Part shown: positions 1 through 16,300 of the stretch, one piece after another
Numbering within the stretch: the stretch's first letter is position 1
Layout: the number at the start of each line of letters is the position of its first letter
Assembly (NCBI GenBank): GCA_964016885.1
Contig: OZ024743.1
Location: forward strand, 340,194,001 to 340,258,000
Source of the DNA: Eledone cirrhosa
Taxonomy: Eukaryota
Direction: 5' to 3'
DNA length: 64,000 bases
The notes under the pieces: model-generated
What the model was told of the DNA's origin: nothing
What the model saw: the letters and a program-made list of their open reading frames with translations, nothing else
Databases searched by the model: none
Program-made: the position numbers and the translations under genes

Positions 1-49
1 TTAATAGTAGTGATTCCGTGCGTATGTGTGTTTATATTTTATGACAATT

Positions 50-222
50 CTATTGGGGTGATAACCCGTTTAGTTTTGGTTTAAATTTGTTAAGGAATAG
101 ATTTTCTTTGTTTATTCTTTGTTGCTGTGTGAACGAATCTGAGCACTTGTAGAAGGGGAAGATTTTAAAGTTGGGTAGTGTCATTCCTGCGCAGTTCGCA
201 ATATGGCTGCTCAAGGGGATTT

Positions 223-226
<4 letters not shown>
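50..226 (-). pseudogene. PLE GIY-YIG endonuclease C-terminal fragment
   Basis: Minus strand reads KIPLSSHIANC...FKIFPFYKC...KENLFLNKFKPKLNG, homologous to the end of the 9840-10550 ORF (QIPLSGHLATC...IFPFYKL...KEKNFIDTFKPKLN); bounded by (TA)n. Confidence 0.75.
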
Positions 227-291
<65 letters not shown>

Positions 292-925
292 CTTAAGGAG
301 GTGTTAATTAGCGTATAAACAGATAAAGAGTGGAGTCGAATGTTTCGCTAATAGCAATATTTGATAGTGTGTGTAGGAGTCTCTCTTGTTGAGGTTGTTA
401 TGGATCGTTTGTGTTATGTAAGAGCATAGTTGGCTGGTTGAGTGCACTGATCTCAATCCGTGTATGACTGTTTCATATTGTTTGTAAACTGATTTCCTTT
501 AACCTTTATTAAATAAATTCACGCACACTTCATCAACCAACCAATAAACTAAAATAATAAATCTAACAGTTTAAGATAAAAATATTAGAAAAATAATTAA
601 CAATTAATTTTCAAGTTCCAAACCAATGAAACGGAAATAAAAATAGAATGCTATAGAAAATACATTAAGATAAACTGAAAGAAGACCAGTGTCACAGAAG
701 AAACCATACAAATAAACGACATGATACAAGTCAGCCAGTCACAGAGCTTGGTCATGCAACACGTATAAATAGCATGCAAATCTCGTTTAAATCACATGAT
801 ACAACGATAGAAACTCAGTTTGGTTGCTCGTTCTGCTAGAAATAATAGCCAAATCATTATCATATCAAACCGTATCGTAATAAAAGTGAAGGAAGCATTA
901 GATAATGTAGTCTTAGATTGATTAT

Positions 926-1437
<512 letters not shown>

Positions 1438-1441
<4 letters not shown>

Positions 1442-1797
1442 TAATAAAAATAATGAATAAACAAAGAAACAGTTCCTTATATTAAAAATTCATCATTTTA
1501 CGATCGCTTCTAGGATATATATGTTAGTGTTGGTATGCATATCCTATAGATCTATGTAAAACTTTTACAAACTATCAGAGGGAATATACATACCTACACA
1601 TATATATGCTGTCTTCAGAAATAATAAGAAACTGTTTCTTTGTTTATTCATTATTTTTATTAATTTATCTTGACTCTGTTTTCCTGTATTTTTCATCGAA
1701 AAAATTTTTTGAATACATTATCTCTTTTCATGATATTCGGATTACATTGAGTACTTCATACGGATTGGACACTACCGTACATTTTGGTAGATTTATC

Positions 1798-1848
<51 letters not shown>

Positions 1849-2075
1849 TAACAAAGAAACAGTTCCTTATATTAAGAATTTAAAAACATTTTTAATATAA
1901 GGAACTGTTTCTTTGTTTTTATTCATTGTTTTTATTAATTTATCTTGACTCTGTTTTCCTGTGATTTTCATCGAAAAGATTTTTGAATACATCTTCTCTT
2001 TTCATGATATTTGGATTACATTGAGTTCTTCATACGGATTGGACACTACCGTATATTTTGGTAGATTTATGTACA
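1438..2075. repeat. Two related mini insertions with short inverted arms
   Basis: ~1622-1800 and ~1892-2075 are direct repeats; ~1438-1490 and ~1850-1885 are inverted copies of their starts; separated by (TA)n. Confidence 0.6.
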
Positions 2076-2114
2076 TATATATATATATGTTTTCTCTTTT
2101 ATCCTATATATATA

Positions 2115-5100
2115 TAGGATAAAAGAGAAAACACAGGTAAGCATTAAAAAAAGGATTTTATCCAGGTATTTACGACCGTTTCATTGGTAAGTGCAACCTT
2201 ATATTGCTATACTGCAAATAGTAGCCACTCAATAATGATTGTTGTACACGTCCAAATTTTCAAAATAGTGAATAAGTTACTCTTAACAAGTTCTTATTAT
2301 ATAGAGAAAAACATTTTTTGGAATTGTATTTGCTAGTATAGAGAGAGAGGAAGAGGAATTAGAAAGTGGAGGGCCAAAGGGAGTAGTATAGAGAGAGAGG
2401 AAGGGGGAGGAGAATTAGGAAGTAAGGTGACCAACTGAGATGGAGGGAGGGGTATAGGTGGAAGGAATCTTTGATCAGTTTTGATATATGTAGACATGAT
2501 GTCGTTGATTTAGAGTGTAGTGAGTTGAAGAGAATTAAATTGTTTATAGTGGGAGGGATGGAGAAAGAGAGAGAAAGAGAGATAAATATATATATATATG
2601 AATAAAAAAAAAAAATAATAATAAATAAATAAATAAATAAAATAAAAAAGGGGGAGGGGGGAGAGAAATAAGAAAAGAAAAGACATCAAAAAAAGGAGAG
2701 AGAGAAGAAAGGAAGAAAACGAAAAGAAATAAAAAAGGAATGAAGGAGTAGGGAGGGATGTAGGTATTGGTTTTTGTGGGTAATTAAAGGGGTTGTATAC
2801 AGTAAGAGGGTAGAAAGTCTAAATATATGCAGTTTGTCAGGTGCTAGTAGTAAGAGATTAAGGGTCTGATTTGCACTTGTAGTGCGAAAACTTTTCTTTG
2901 AGTCTATGGTTACAATAAATCGATCTTTCGATTTTATTGTTGAGTAACTTATTCTTCGAACTCTAAATGTGGAACAGCTCAAGGTCACATAATCGACAGC
3001 TTCTCATACCACTACGATATGGGGGCGCCTTCGATAATTTTTTCCACTTCAGGGTGTATTGATGGTTACTTTCCCTCAGTTGCCAGGTCGGGTTCGCAAG
3101 GGTAGTTACATAACGATGCTGGGAATGTTTCATTGCGTAACGGTGTGTATACCAACGAGCTTTAAATGTATTCCCAGTCGCTCCGATGTAATACCATTTC
3201 TGGTTGTCTGATTCCACTATGCATTGGTAAACCAGGTTAGACTGCATACATTCGTTATGTAATGGACAGGTTTCAGGTAGGTGGCAATTACAATTCTTGT
3301 CATGGGCAACCTTGGCATTATTAGTGGGCTGCGATGCCTGTACAAGTGTGTTACGTTTTGTTTGCCTATTAGTGGGTGGTTGTGTATTAGATATTCTGTT
3401 GTGTTCAATGGTAATTATATTGTTATTGTTATAAATTTGTGTTCTGGTGTTGTTACGTATCTTTTTAGCGTTAAACATCTTAATGTGTGCCTCTATGTTT
3501 AGTGCTGTGGAGTAAGATAGTCTAATAGATTTAGTGTTAAGGATTTTGCTGTATCTATGTGAATCTGGAAAGTGCTTATTTATTATTATAAAGAAGGTAG
3601 AGGGTAGGTTAGTACTAATAGAGGTGTTACATATGGGGTTATACCAAATATATTTTCTACTGCGTGACCTGCTTGATTTCGATGTTGTATTTCTATTTTC
3701 ATTATAATTTGTAGTTCTATGCGTAAATGTGTGTGTGCGTGTGTTTCTGGAGTTTGTGTTATGCGTGTTCGTGTGTGCTTTGCGGAGGCTTTCATCTATA
3801 TATTCTACTCTATCTAAGTGGGCTGCCTTGTCTAGTGCGGCATTGTAGTACTCTGCATTTCCTCGAAGATTTGTTGGTTAGACGAGAGGCGGGAAATCCT
3901 AAGGGATATGCTGCGCGGAACGGATTTAATTATGGATAGTGGGTGGTTCGAATTACAGTTGATGTATGCTAAGTTTTCATTAATCTTATGAAAAGGTCTT
4001 ATAAGTCCCGTCTTAGGTTAAGCGTCGCGTCTAGAAAGTTAACTATTTTAGTGCTATATTCATACGTTATGGCAAGGCCCAGTTTTCCGAGAGTCTTTCT
4101 AATATTCTTACGGAGTCTTTCTATGCTCTGGTTAATTACGTTCTTAACTAGGAAAATGGCGTCGTCTCTGTATATTCCACCGTGAGGTCGCTAAACTCCC
4201 TCTGTAAATTATGGGCTATGTAAATACCTACTAAATCTGAGACTTGAGACGAGTCATTAGCCCCCATCGTGATGTCGAAGTTATTTAATCTATCCTTACG
4301 TTCCCAATAGGCGTTTTCAAATTTAATTATTGTTTTCCTAGCAGCTAATATAATTTTTATCTCGTCGTCTGTTAGGTCAGAATTGGCTTTGGCGAATGTG
4401 AAGGCTTTATCTAAGGTGTTGGGAGATATAGAGGAGTAATAGTCGTTAATGTCGAATTGTATAAACTTAGATACTTTTTTGTTAGCTATATAGTTAAACC
4501 ATTTAATTGTTTCGGTAGTGTAACCCCATAGTTTAATTACTAGTTTATTCTTCATTTGTGCTATCACTCTGTCTAATATATGTTTACTAATTTTCCCGAT
4601 GTCCGATTTGGACGGGCATATAAGTCTAATTGTGGGGTTATAATCAAAATTTACCTTATGGTCCTTGAGATTAAATGTGGGGGTACATGGCTTAAGTGGC
4701 TCCGTTCTGTCATCTATTCCTAGGTGTTTGACTATATTGTGTGCCTCGTTGTTGATGTTTATCAGTGCCGTATCGTTAGTTTTTGTATTTCCTATGTAAT
4801 TCCTTCCGCATGAAGCTATTGTATGTATTAATATCCATTGTATACACATTTGAGGTGGTTTGTCTTCTTTGACAATAATTCCATTGGTGGTTCGCAGCTT
4901 TTTTAGGAATGTATTCATGTCATATTGGAGTTTATTATTCCTCCGCTTTTTGAATTTGATATTCATAATCATCTTCAGTAAGTCCTGTTCAAAGGCATCC
5001 AGTTGAGGGTTGGTAGGTGGGTTCCTACATGATTTGAAGCCGCATGTTTCCTTGTCGCATTCCACAGTGCGACCGTTACGTCCTTTGTAGAAATGGAAAG

Positions 5101-5453
5101 TTTTCCATCTAACCCGGCGTATGAAGTCGTTTGTTCGCTGTATCATCCCGAGGGTATAATCCTTTCTCAAATGTATAGGAATGTTCTTTAGGGACATACC
5201 TATGTAATGCTTTTCCATAGTAGTACCGTATGTTTAGCTGGTTGCTCGACCGATAAGGAGCCTATAGTTAGGGAAGCAGAAAATTGCTTACTGTAATCCA
5301 GTTCGTAGTTAAGACAGCCAGATTCATGGACGGTTTCAACGTATGGTTAGGGGTAACTCCACAAGTTTGTAAGAATCACGTTCAATTTTGAGTGTAAAGG
5401 ATAAAAGAGAAAACACAGGTAAGCATTAAAAAAAGGATTTTATCCAGGTATTT
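2115..5453 (-). mobile_element. Penelope-like element, Hydra-clade-like, left near-full-length arm
   Basis: RT motifs RLICPSKSDIGKISK, FDINDYYSSI, FDITMGAND; C-terminal EN CNC..CPL..C..VYQC..YIGATG..FKARW..CRLC; pLTR copy ~5265-5453; 3' end abuts (TA)n. Clade assigned from recalled motifs. Confidence 0.85.
2858..5218 (-). pseudogene. Frameshifted PLE RT-GIY-YIG ORF
   Basis: ORF pieces 4148-5218 (RT) and 2963-3478 (EN) with frameshifted linker (SNHPLSII, KYIWYNP, KHFPDSH). Confidence 0.85.
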
Positions 5454-6877
5454 TCACAAGATTAATGAAAACTTAGCATACATCAACTGTAATTCGAACC
5501 ACCCACTATCCATAATTAAATCCGTTCCGCGCAGCATATCCCTTAGGATTTCCCGCCTCTCGTCTAACCAACAAATCTTCGAGGAAATGCAGAGTACTAC
5601 AATACCGCACTAGACAAGGCAGCCCACTTAGATAGAGTAGAATATATAGATGAAAGCCTCCGCAAAGCACATACGAACACGCATAGCACAAACTCCAGAA
5701 ACTCACGCACACACACATTTACGCATAGAACTACAAATTATAATGAAAATAGAAATACAACATCGAAATCAAGCAGGTCACGCAGTAGAAAATATATTTG
5801 GTATAACCCCATATGTAACACCTCTATTAGTACTAACCTACCCTCTACCTTCTTTAGAATAATAAATAAGCACTTTCCAGATTCACATAGATACAGCAAA
5901 ATCCTTAACACTAAATCTATTAGACTATCTTACTCCACAGCACTAAACATAGAGGCACACATTAAGATGTTTAACGCTAAAAAGATACGTAACAACACCA
6001 GAACACAAATTTATAACAATAACAATATAATTACCATTGAACACAACAGAATATCTAATACACAACCACCCACTAATAGGCAAACAAAACGTAACACACT
6101 TGTACAGGCATCGCAGCCCACTAATAATGCCAAGGTTGCCCATGACAAGAATTGTAATTGCCACCTACCTGAAACCTGTCCATTACATAACGAATGTATG
6201 CAGTCTAACCTGGTTTACCAATGCACAGTGGAATCAGGCAACCAGAAATGGTATTACATCGGAGCGACTGGGAATACATTTAAAGCTCGTTGGTATACAC
6301 ACCGTTACGCAATGAAACATTCCCAGCATCGTTATGTAACTACCCTTGCGAACCCGACCTGGCAACTGAGGGAAAGTAACCATCAATACACCCTGAAGTG
6401 GAAAAAATTATCGAAGGCGCCCTATATCGGAGTGGTATGAGAAGCTGTCGATTGTGTGACCTTGAACTGTTCCACATTTTGAGTTCGAAGAATAAGTTAC
6501 TCAATAATAAAATCGAAAGATCGATTTATTGTAACCATAGACTCAAAGAAAAGTTTTCGCACTACAAGTGCAAATCGAACCCTTAATCTCTTACTACTAG
6601 CACCTGACAATCTGCATATAATTAGACCTTCTACCCTCTTATTGTATACAACCCCTTTAATTACCCACAAAAACCAATACCTACATCCCTCCCTTCTCCT
6701 TAATTCCTTTTCTATTTCTTTTCGTTTTCTTCCTTTCTTCTCTCTATCCTTTTTTTGATGTCTTTTCTTTTCTTCTTTCTCTCCCCCCTCCCCCTTCTTT
6801 ATTTTATTTATTTATTTATTTATTTATTATTATTATTTTTTTATTTTTATTTTTTAAAGTTTATATATATATATATT

Positions 6878-6911
<34 letters not shown>

Positions 6912-7481
6912 CATCCCTCCCACTATAAATAATTTAATTCTCTTTAACTCACTACACTCTAAATCTACGACATCCTGTCTACATATATCAAAACTGATCA
7001 AAGATTCCTTCCACCTATACCCCTCCCTCCATCTCAGTTGGTCACCCTACTTCCTAATTCTCCTCCCTCTTCCTCTCTCTCTATACTACTCATTTGTCCC
7101 TCCACTTTCTAATTCCTCTTCCTCTCTCTCTATACTAGCAAATACAATTCCAAAAAATGTTTTTCTATATATTAAGAACTTGTTCAGAGTAACTTATTCA
7201 CTATTTTGAAAATTTGGACGTGTACAACAATTATTATTGAGTGGCTGCTATTTGCAGTATAGCAATATAAGGTTGCACTTACCAATGAAACGGTCGTAAA
7301 TACCTGGATAAAATCCTTTTTTTAAATGCTTACCTGTGTTTTCTCTTTTACCCTTTACACTCCAAGATTGAACGTGATTCTTACAAACTTGTGGAGTTAC
7401 CCCTAACCGTGCGTTGAAACCGTTCATGAAACTGGCTGTCTTAACCACGAACTGGATTACAATAAGCAATTTTCTGCTTCC

Positions 7482-7488
<7 letters not shown>
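5450..7488 (+). mobile_element. Same PLE, 5'-truncated right arm (thumb, EN, 3'UTR/pLTR)
   Basis: Reverse complement of ~2115-3995 with scattered substitutions, extended through the pLTR to ...ccctaacta + (TA)n. Confidence 0.85.
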
Positions 7489-7520
<32 letters not shown>

Positions 7521-7527
<7 letters not shown>

Positions 7528-8800
7528 TCAGGTTATCAATAATGTAGTGATAATATATCGTTACGTTAGAGATGAACAGCGTACGTGCAGGTTTGCTCAA
7601 CGAGTATAAATTATATTCCGGAGAAAATGTAGAAAGGATGAATATAAAATGAAAGTGCTTTTTTTAAAAAAGGAATTTATTAGATATTGACATATGTTTC
7701 TGTAACAGACTGAATACCTATGTATCGCTGCTTGCGTAATCATATAATGTTAGCAAGTATTCGATAGCAAATGTATAATCAGTTGTCACTTCTTCAGAGA
7801 TTTTGGATAAATTGGATAAAATCAGAAAAATTGAAGTATTTATATTAGTAGTAGGGGAAGAAACAGAGGGGATAGTATATGACAGATGGTAAATTAATTT
7901 ACTGCTAAACAAGTATATAATGGGTTTCTAATGAGAATACCATGAGTAAATCTAAATAAGAATTTTGGGAGTGCCAATTTTAATCTCTACTTGACCAACT
8001 GGACAGTGGACAGGGCTGGTCATTTGGTGCAGTAGTATTAATTATAAAGTGTCAATTGCGGAACGGGGAGATTTCGATTGCTACTAAATAACATCAATGC
8101 TAGTAGCCAGCTGGTATATGCATTAGGGAATTGAATCAAGAAATCAGAAATCTCATTTTATCTATAGCAGTTTGTATTAAAATAGATATCAAAATAGATA
8201 TTAACATTCTTTATTAGTCTTAATTCTATCAACTCTTCTATTATTTACCTTTTAATACAAACTGCTATAGATAAAATGTGATTTCTGATTTCTTGATTCA
8301 ATTCCCTAATGCATATACCAGCTGGCTACTAGCATTGATGTTATTTAGTAGCAATCGAAATCTCCCCCTTCCGCAATTGACACTTTATAATTAATACTAC
8401 TGCACCAAATGACCAGCCCTGTCCACTGTCCAGTTGGTCAAGTAGAGATTAAAATTGGCACTCCCAAAATTCTTATTTAGATTTACTCATGGTATTCTCA
8501 TTAGAAACCCATTATATACTTGTTTAGCAGTAAATTAATTTACCATCTGTCATATACTATCCCCTCTGTTTCTTCCCCTACTACTAATATAAATACTTCA
8601 ATTTTTCTGATTTTATCCAATTTATCCAAAATCTCTGAAGAAGTGACAACTGATTATACATTTGCTATCGAATACTTGCTAACATTATATGATTACGCAA
8701 GCAGCGATACATAGGTATTCAGTATGTTACAGAAACATATGTCAATACCTAATAAATTCCTTTTTAAAAAAAAAGCACTTTCATTTTATATTCATCCTTT
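7521..8800. repeat. ~550-bp inverted repeat between (TA)n tracts (probable PLE 3'UTR pair)
   Basis: ~7630-8183 is the reverse complement of ~8250-8800; identical spurious ORFs 7718-7912(-) and 8520-8714(+). Confidence 0.7.
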
Positions 8801-8828
8801 CTCTCTCTCTCTCTCTATATATATATAT

Positions 8829-9387
8829 GGAAAAAATGAAATTCCATTTCTCACTCTTAGTACGGCTGATACTTAAATATAAGTATGTATACGTACATAC
8901 ATATATGTATACAGACGTACAGTAGTATGTATATATATATACATACATGCACACATATATACATGTACGTATGGGTTTACCGAACATTTATTATAATGTT
9001 CGGTTTGTTTGTAAACGATCAGCTCGAATTAAGCCGTACAGTGTTCGGCAACCATCGTTGTCCCTTTGTTCAACACTGACAAAGGAACGATGAACTAGTT
9101 TCTAGCTTATTAGTTGTCATCAGCACCGTATACCTTCCTGTCACTCGATTGAACGTTTGAAAGTATATACTTTCCTGATGTATATTAACGGTTGAGCAGC
9201 CTAATTTGCATATCGAGTGAGTTAGTCGGCTGGGCGTACCGAAAACGATAAATGGAAACTCTTAGTACGGCTGATACTTAAATATAAGTATGTATACGTA
9301 CATACATATATGTATACAGACGTACAGTAGTATGTATATACATACATACATGCACACACATATATATATACGTATGGGTTTACCGAA

Positions 9388-9390
<3 letters not shown>
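8829..9390 (-). mobile_element. PLE 3' remnant with direct pLTR-like repeat
   Basis: ~8854-8987 repeated at ~9258-9389; hammerhead motif between the repeats; (TA)n flanks. Confidence 0.6.
9087..9129 (-). ncRNA. Minimal type I hammerhead ribozyme motif (degenerate stem II)
   Basis: ACGGUG-CUGAUGA-caacuaauaagcua-GAAA-CUAG-UU-CAUCGU: 6-bp stem I, palindromic stem III AACUAGUU. Confidence 0.6.
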
Positions 9391-9452
<62 letters not shown>

Positions 9453-9458
<6 letters not shown>

Positions 9459-9710
9459 GAAAAATCAGTGTTGCATCTGAACTCAATTTATTGTGTGTTA
9501 CAATTGTTTCGCCGGCGGACAGCTCGAGACACGATCATTGTGTGGATCTGTCTGATTCTGGATCCGCCGGCAAAACAATTGTAACACACAATAAATTGAG
9601 TTCAGATGCATGACTGATTTTTCGTTTTATATTATACCATACTCTGCTCTGTAAGAGCATAGAGTGCTCAACCGGCATACCGCCTATGGAAGCATCTTAG
9701 CTACCATCAG
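9453..9710. repeat. Mini inverted-arm PLE remnant (same family as 23010-23280)
   Basis: ~9453-9519 inverted at ~9563-9629; shares aatcagtgttgca, cagctcgag and GAAACAATTGTA-like motifs with the 23 kb element. Confidence 0.6.
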
Positions 9711-9839
9711 ACACACACACACACACACATATATATATACATATATATATATACATATATATATATATACACACACACACACATATATATATAAGATACG
9801 AATACCAGGTACAAAGGCCTAACAGAACTAAGAGAATTT

Positions 9840-10550
9840 TTGCTCAAACAAAAATACCCATCTCTACTTATAGAAAATGGCATACAGCGGGCTATAAAAA
9901 TACCTATACAACAACTTAGGACAACCCAAGGAAGAAGAAACCAAGAACTGGTCATACCATTTATAATGACACACAACCCATGTCACCAGAATATCTTCAA
10001 CACTGCCAAAGCAAATCTACCGATCATTGCTCAAAGTAATGAATTAAAAGGCTTAATCACAGATCGATCTTTGACTCTTCGTAAAAGACAGCCAAAAAAT
10101 TTGAAGCAATTATTAACAAAAGGAAAGTTTGACCTTAACAACAAAGACCAATCATTCACTGTATCTAAATGCAATGATAGTCGATGCGGCACATGTCAAT
10201 CCATACACGCCGGTCAATATATGAAAACAAAAACTGGAAAAATATTCCCAAATGCAAATATGAACTGCAAAAGCAGAAATCTAATTTACTGCATTAAATG
10301 CCCGAATTGTGAAGAACTATATGTCGGTCAAACTGGAAATGCACTATCGGAACGTGCACGGGTACACCGTCAACAAATCAGAGACCCAAATGTCCGTCAG
10401 ATACCCCTAAGCGGCCACCTGGCAACATGTGGTCAGGGAATATTTATAATATTCCCATTCTACAAATTACACAGCCCAAGTGAAATCAAGAGAAAAATCA
10501 AAGAAAAGAATTTTATTGATACATTCAAACCCAAGCTAAATGAACAATAA
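9840..10550 (+). pseudogene. PLE GIY-YIG endonuclease domain (N-terminally truncated)
   Basis: LIY-YVG motif pair, CxxC and Cys linker; no RT upstream. Confidence 0.8.
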
Positions 10551-10930
10551 TAACGCCTAGGGCTATTACTTCTACTACCACTATGACCACGACCACTAAC
10601 AACAACAACAACAACAACAACAATAATAATAATAATAAAAGTGATGTTGATGGTGATGATTAATAGAAAATGCTATTTTCATCATTTCAAAAAGCAAAAC
10701 AATTGATACGTTGGATATGACTATTGGTCGTTAGCATGCTCAACCAGCCGTGACGCTTAAACCAATCAGCTGTAGTAATTCAGTGAAACTACACACTGAT
10801 TGGTCGAAATACAGTTTACAGGGCTTTGCATTCTGGAGCCACTTTTCTCTGTATAAAATGTATAAAAGGTAGGAAATTTACCCATCTCATTACAGTTGAA
10901 AATTGCAAACTCGACTGTCACCACATATCA

Positions 10931-10969
10931 TGAACCTGAAGATTGCGAAAGCATGAAAGTACTTGTTCA
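10931..10969 (+). ncRNA. Minimal type I hammerhead ribozyme motif
   Basis: UGAAC-CUGAAGA-uUGC gaaa GCAu-GAAA-GUAC-UU-GUUCA; palindromic stem III typical of PLE hammerheads. Confidence 0.7.
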
Positions 10970-11143
10970 ATTAACACTTAGAATTTAATATTCTATCATA
11001 CTATTTCATTCTAATACCATATTATATATATTTTAAAGGATTGTAAATAAAACGAGTAAATCAGACAAAGTTGGAATTCCTCTTATTAATATAATCTTCT
11101 ATACACAATCATACACACCCGTGTATATTTACCTATCTATATC

Positions 11144-11175
<32 letters not shown>

Positions 11176-11637
11176 CCCCCCCCCCCCCCCACACACACAT
11201 ATATATATATATATATTTCTGAATACATACAGATAAATAAATGTAATTTTCAAAGAGGAAATCAAAATTCATCTCGATTATTTTATGTAATTACTAGAGT
11301 GCACCACAATAGTGCTTTTACGAATATATCATGATTCTGCTTTATATTTTCAGGAAGGAATCAATTTTTCCTCTAGCTTTCGTATGCTAAAAAATCTGAT
11401 GTATTTTTTTTGACAAAAGAATATAGGTACACAATGAATAATGAATATAATTATCAAAATAAAGAGTCCGATAAAAACCATTTTGTTTCTAATGTATTCT
11501 CGAAACCAATGTGCATTTATTAATTACTGCATTATTTTAGGTATCTAATCTTTTGTGCGCTCGTTGTAAAACGTTCGTACGCCCACAGGCGTATAGCTTA
11601 GATGGAACAATGGGGTGAATATGCTTTTGTATTATCA

Positions 11638-13072
<1,435 letters not shown>

Positions 13073-13294
13073 AGATACGCACACACAAATATATATATAT
13101 AAAACTATATATATGTATGCACATTTATGTGCTTGTATTCATGGTTCTATATATATCTGCATATATCTATGTATACATTTATATTTATCACTGATATGTG
13201 TAAACACACACACACACACACAAACGCACACAGTTTATATTAAGACATGCGCCAAGCAGCCGAAGTGTATAATAAAGTTATATCTGTATATATG

Positions 13295-13380
<86 letters not shown>

Positions 13381-13387
<7 letters not shown>

Positions 13388-16300
13388 ATATTTGGGGAGG
13401 GTCATATTTGCGTAATATTGCCAGAATTAATAACAGAACACACTCACTGTTTGGTTGGTTTTCGCTTCTCGCTGTCTTTTATATATATATATCTGCGATC
13501 TAACTTACTCGGTCCTCAATGTTGCCATTGACTGACCGGCGGTCAAAAATAATACAGATACAATATAGACACAAACACATATATATAGTTTACATAATTT
13601 ACATAAATCTTTCGTTGCACATCTGCAACATCGTCAGTGGTGTTATATTCATTGTTCCTCCTGTTGTGTTGTATGTCTACGCCATTTTTTTTTTTTGTTC
13701 AGTCTGTCTATATATTTATTTATTTATTTGCTTGTTTGTTTATCTTATTTTATTTTGTCTTCTTTGCGCATGCGTTTGCGTGTGTGTATAGTGTTATGTG
13801 TGATGTGTGACTAGTGTGTATAGTGTTGTGTCTGCTGGGTGACTAGTGTGTGTTTATGTGCTTGTGTATGTATTTATTTATCTTATTTTATTTTATTTTA
13901 TTTACTTATTTATACTTCTCTTAGGTCAGTGTTGTTTGTTTGGGTGTTGTTGTTGTTCCACTCATTCTTTCTGTTTAGCTTTGGTCTTCTAATTTCTATT
14001 TCACTGGCCTCTCTGATTTGCCTATCTGCTGGGTCATTCCTATGTTTAGATATTATTCTAATTTCTATGTTGTCTATGTTACCGTCGTGTTGTTGTTTAG
14101 CATGTTCGTATAGTACTGACCCGTTTTTTCGTCCTTTTAGTTCCCCCCAGTGTTGGTCTATCCTTTCACTTATGCTACGAGCTGTCTCACCTATGTATGT
14201 TGTTGTCATGTTTCTGCAAGTACCCTCTGTACATCTTATGCTATAGACTACGTTTCTCGTTTTACAGTTTATCCGGGGGTTCACCTTACATATGATACAT
14301 TTCCTATTAGTACAGTGGGTTTTCTTAAAAGGGTAGGTTTTGCTGATCAGGGATTTTATGGTGGTTCCTGGCTTTTCTACCACCTTTATTTTTAAGTGGG
14401 TCTTTCTCAGGGCCTTTCTACACTGGTTAGCTAATTTCCCTCCAGGGGTGGCATCCACAAACATGACACTCTGATATCTCTGGTTGTCGTACCATGATGT
14501 GGCCTTCCCTATCTTATGTCTAGCCCTATCTAAGCTATTCCATGATTTGCTCCTGTATAGTGGGCAAATTCCTTTCATGTCCAGTTCTATGAGGGTCTTA
14601 TACTTTTCCATGGCTCCTTCGTATACTCTGACTCTGTCTCTTTGGTTGTAGCCAGAGAACTGCATGCGGTTGATGAAGTGTTGGATGTGTCCTTCCATTT
14701 CTGTTGGGTCGCACATGCTGGACACATTCTTCATCACTCGTACCAAATCTGCGATCAGAATATTAAACTTAGCACTACTGGACATTGATGAGTTTTTGAG
14801 TATCAGGTATTTGGAGGCCATGGGTTTAGCATAGTGTGAGTGGAGAATTTGGGCTCTCTCGTCTATAGTGTTAATCCAGAGTTCTGTGTCTAATACAGGT
14901 AGTCTATTGTTAGGGTGTTTGGAAGGGAAGTCTATAGTTACAGTTATACTCTGGTGTATGGAATTAGCTATCTGCTGGATGCTTTCCATCGTGCTACGTT
15001 CTAAATCAAACTTGTTAGTGCTCTCTAGTGGGGGTGTTCTTATAACTATATTGATATCGTCTACATAACGAGAGTACATGATGAGGTCTATGGAGTTTTC
15101 ATTAAGGAGATCTTTAAGTCTCCTTTCCCACCATACCATGAAAAGGTTGGCAACATCACCAGCTATGCTGACGCCGATGGCTGCTCCCTCATTTTGGGTG
15201 TAGATTTTCTCATTGAACTTAAATATGTGGCCCTTTAGGGTAGTTTTGATACTAGCCCCTATTGCATGTGCGACCATTTTTCTTACCTGATCAGTGTTTT
15301 GGGGGGTCCGTATAGCTTTGGTCCACCCAATCCACCTTCCTATGGGAGTCTTTTTAGCCATTGAGGTTATGGTGGGGGGTCTACCTCTTATAGGTCTACT
15401 AGGGCAGAAACATCTAAGGTCATGGCTGTCTAGGTAGTCAGTGTCGTAGGTAAGTCTAAGTAGGAGGCCCAGTTCGTCTGTGTCGACGTCGCAGAACTCC
15501 ACCTCACTCTCAATGATCATCTCCACACATCTTTTCACAGCAAAATCAATGTTAATGGATGGGTACAGTGACACCACATCCATGCTGCCTATTATGCAGT
15601 TGGATAGGCTCCTGTTTTTGTTGCACTCACTGATTCTGCTGAGGAGGTCCTCTGTACTTTCACATACATCTGGGGACATCTTGATTATGGGGCGTATAAC
15701 CATTGAGAGGAAGTAGGAGATCCTGTAGTTGCTAGCTATATTAGCTCCGCATACGGGTCTTGTTGGTGGTCCTGTTGTCGGGTCGTCGACTGTCTTGTGG
15801 TCTTTGCGGAGCCCATACAAGGGTGGTATGCCATTGTTAGACGCCTGGAAGTTGTTGGCAGTGCGTCTGCTTGGCTTTAGGATGTCAGTCCACATCATCA
15901 TGTGAGCGTTGAGGATTTTTTCTCTCCCATCGTGTGTTAGTTGTGCAACTTCGCTCGTGTTGGTGATGTGGGGTTGCATTGCCTCGATGTAGTTCGGCAT
16001 GCTATCTATTGACATCCTACCAGACTTATCTGTGGGTAGACACACTACCTCACCATCCCTTGTGCGCTGCTTGAGGCTAACCAAGCCTTCTACAGGTTTT
16101 ATCCCAAGTTGTTGGGCCTCTGGTCTGCTCTGTCTCATAGTGTACCTGTCTACTACTTGTCTAATCTTATTTCTAGCTATGGTGAACTGTGCCTCCGTCT
16201 CGTCATCTATTTGCTGTGGTATGCAAACTCTTTTATTAAAGGGTAACCTCGTAGGATAGATATTACCCATCTTATATGTTTTGTCAGCTGGGTTGAAAAA

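Larger units (their letters stand above)
9793..11125 (+). mobile_element. 5'-truncated Neptune-like PLE (thumb + Zn linker + GIY-YIG + 3'UTR)
   Basis: ORF 9840-10550: CNDSRCGTC...NCKSRNLIYCIKCPNCEELYVGQTG...R..H...E...KPKLN; hammerhead in 3'UTR. Confidence 0.8.

Noticed and set aside
2858-6586. Naiad or selenoprotein PLE
   Set aside because: The endonuclease is C-terminal, not N-terminal, and I saw no UGA at conserved Cys positions.
7228-7300. Possible hammerhead in the Hydra-like pLTR (TTGAGTGG...CCAATGAAACGGTC)
   Set aside because: CUGANGA core absent in all three copies; only a relaxed-motif search could support it.
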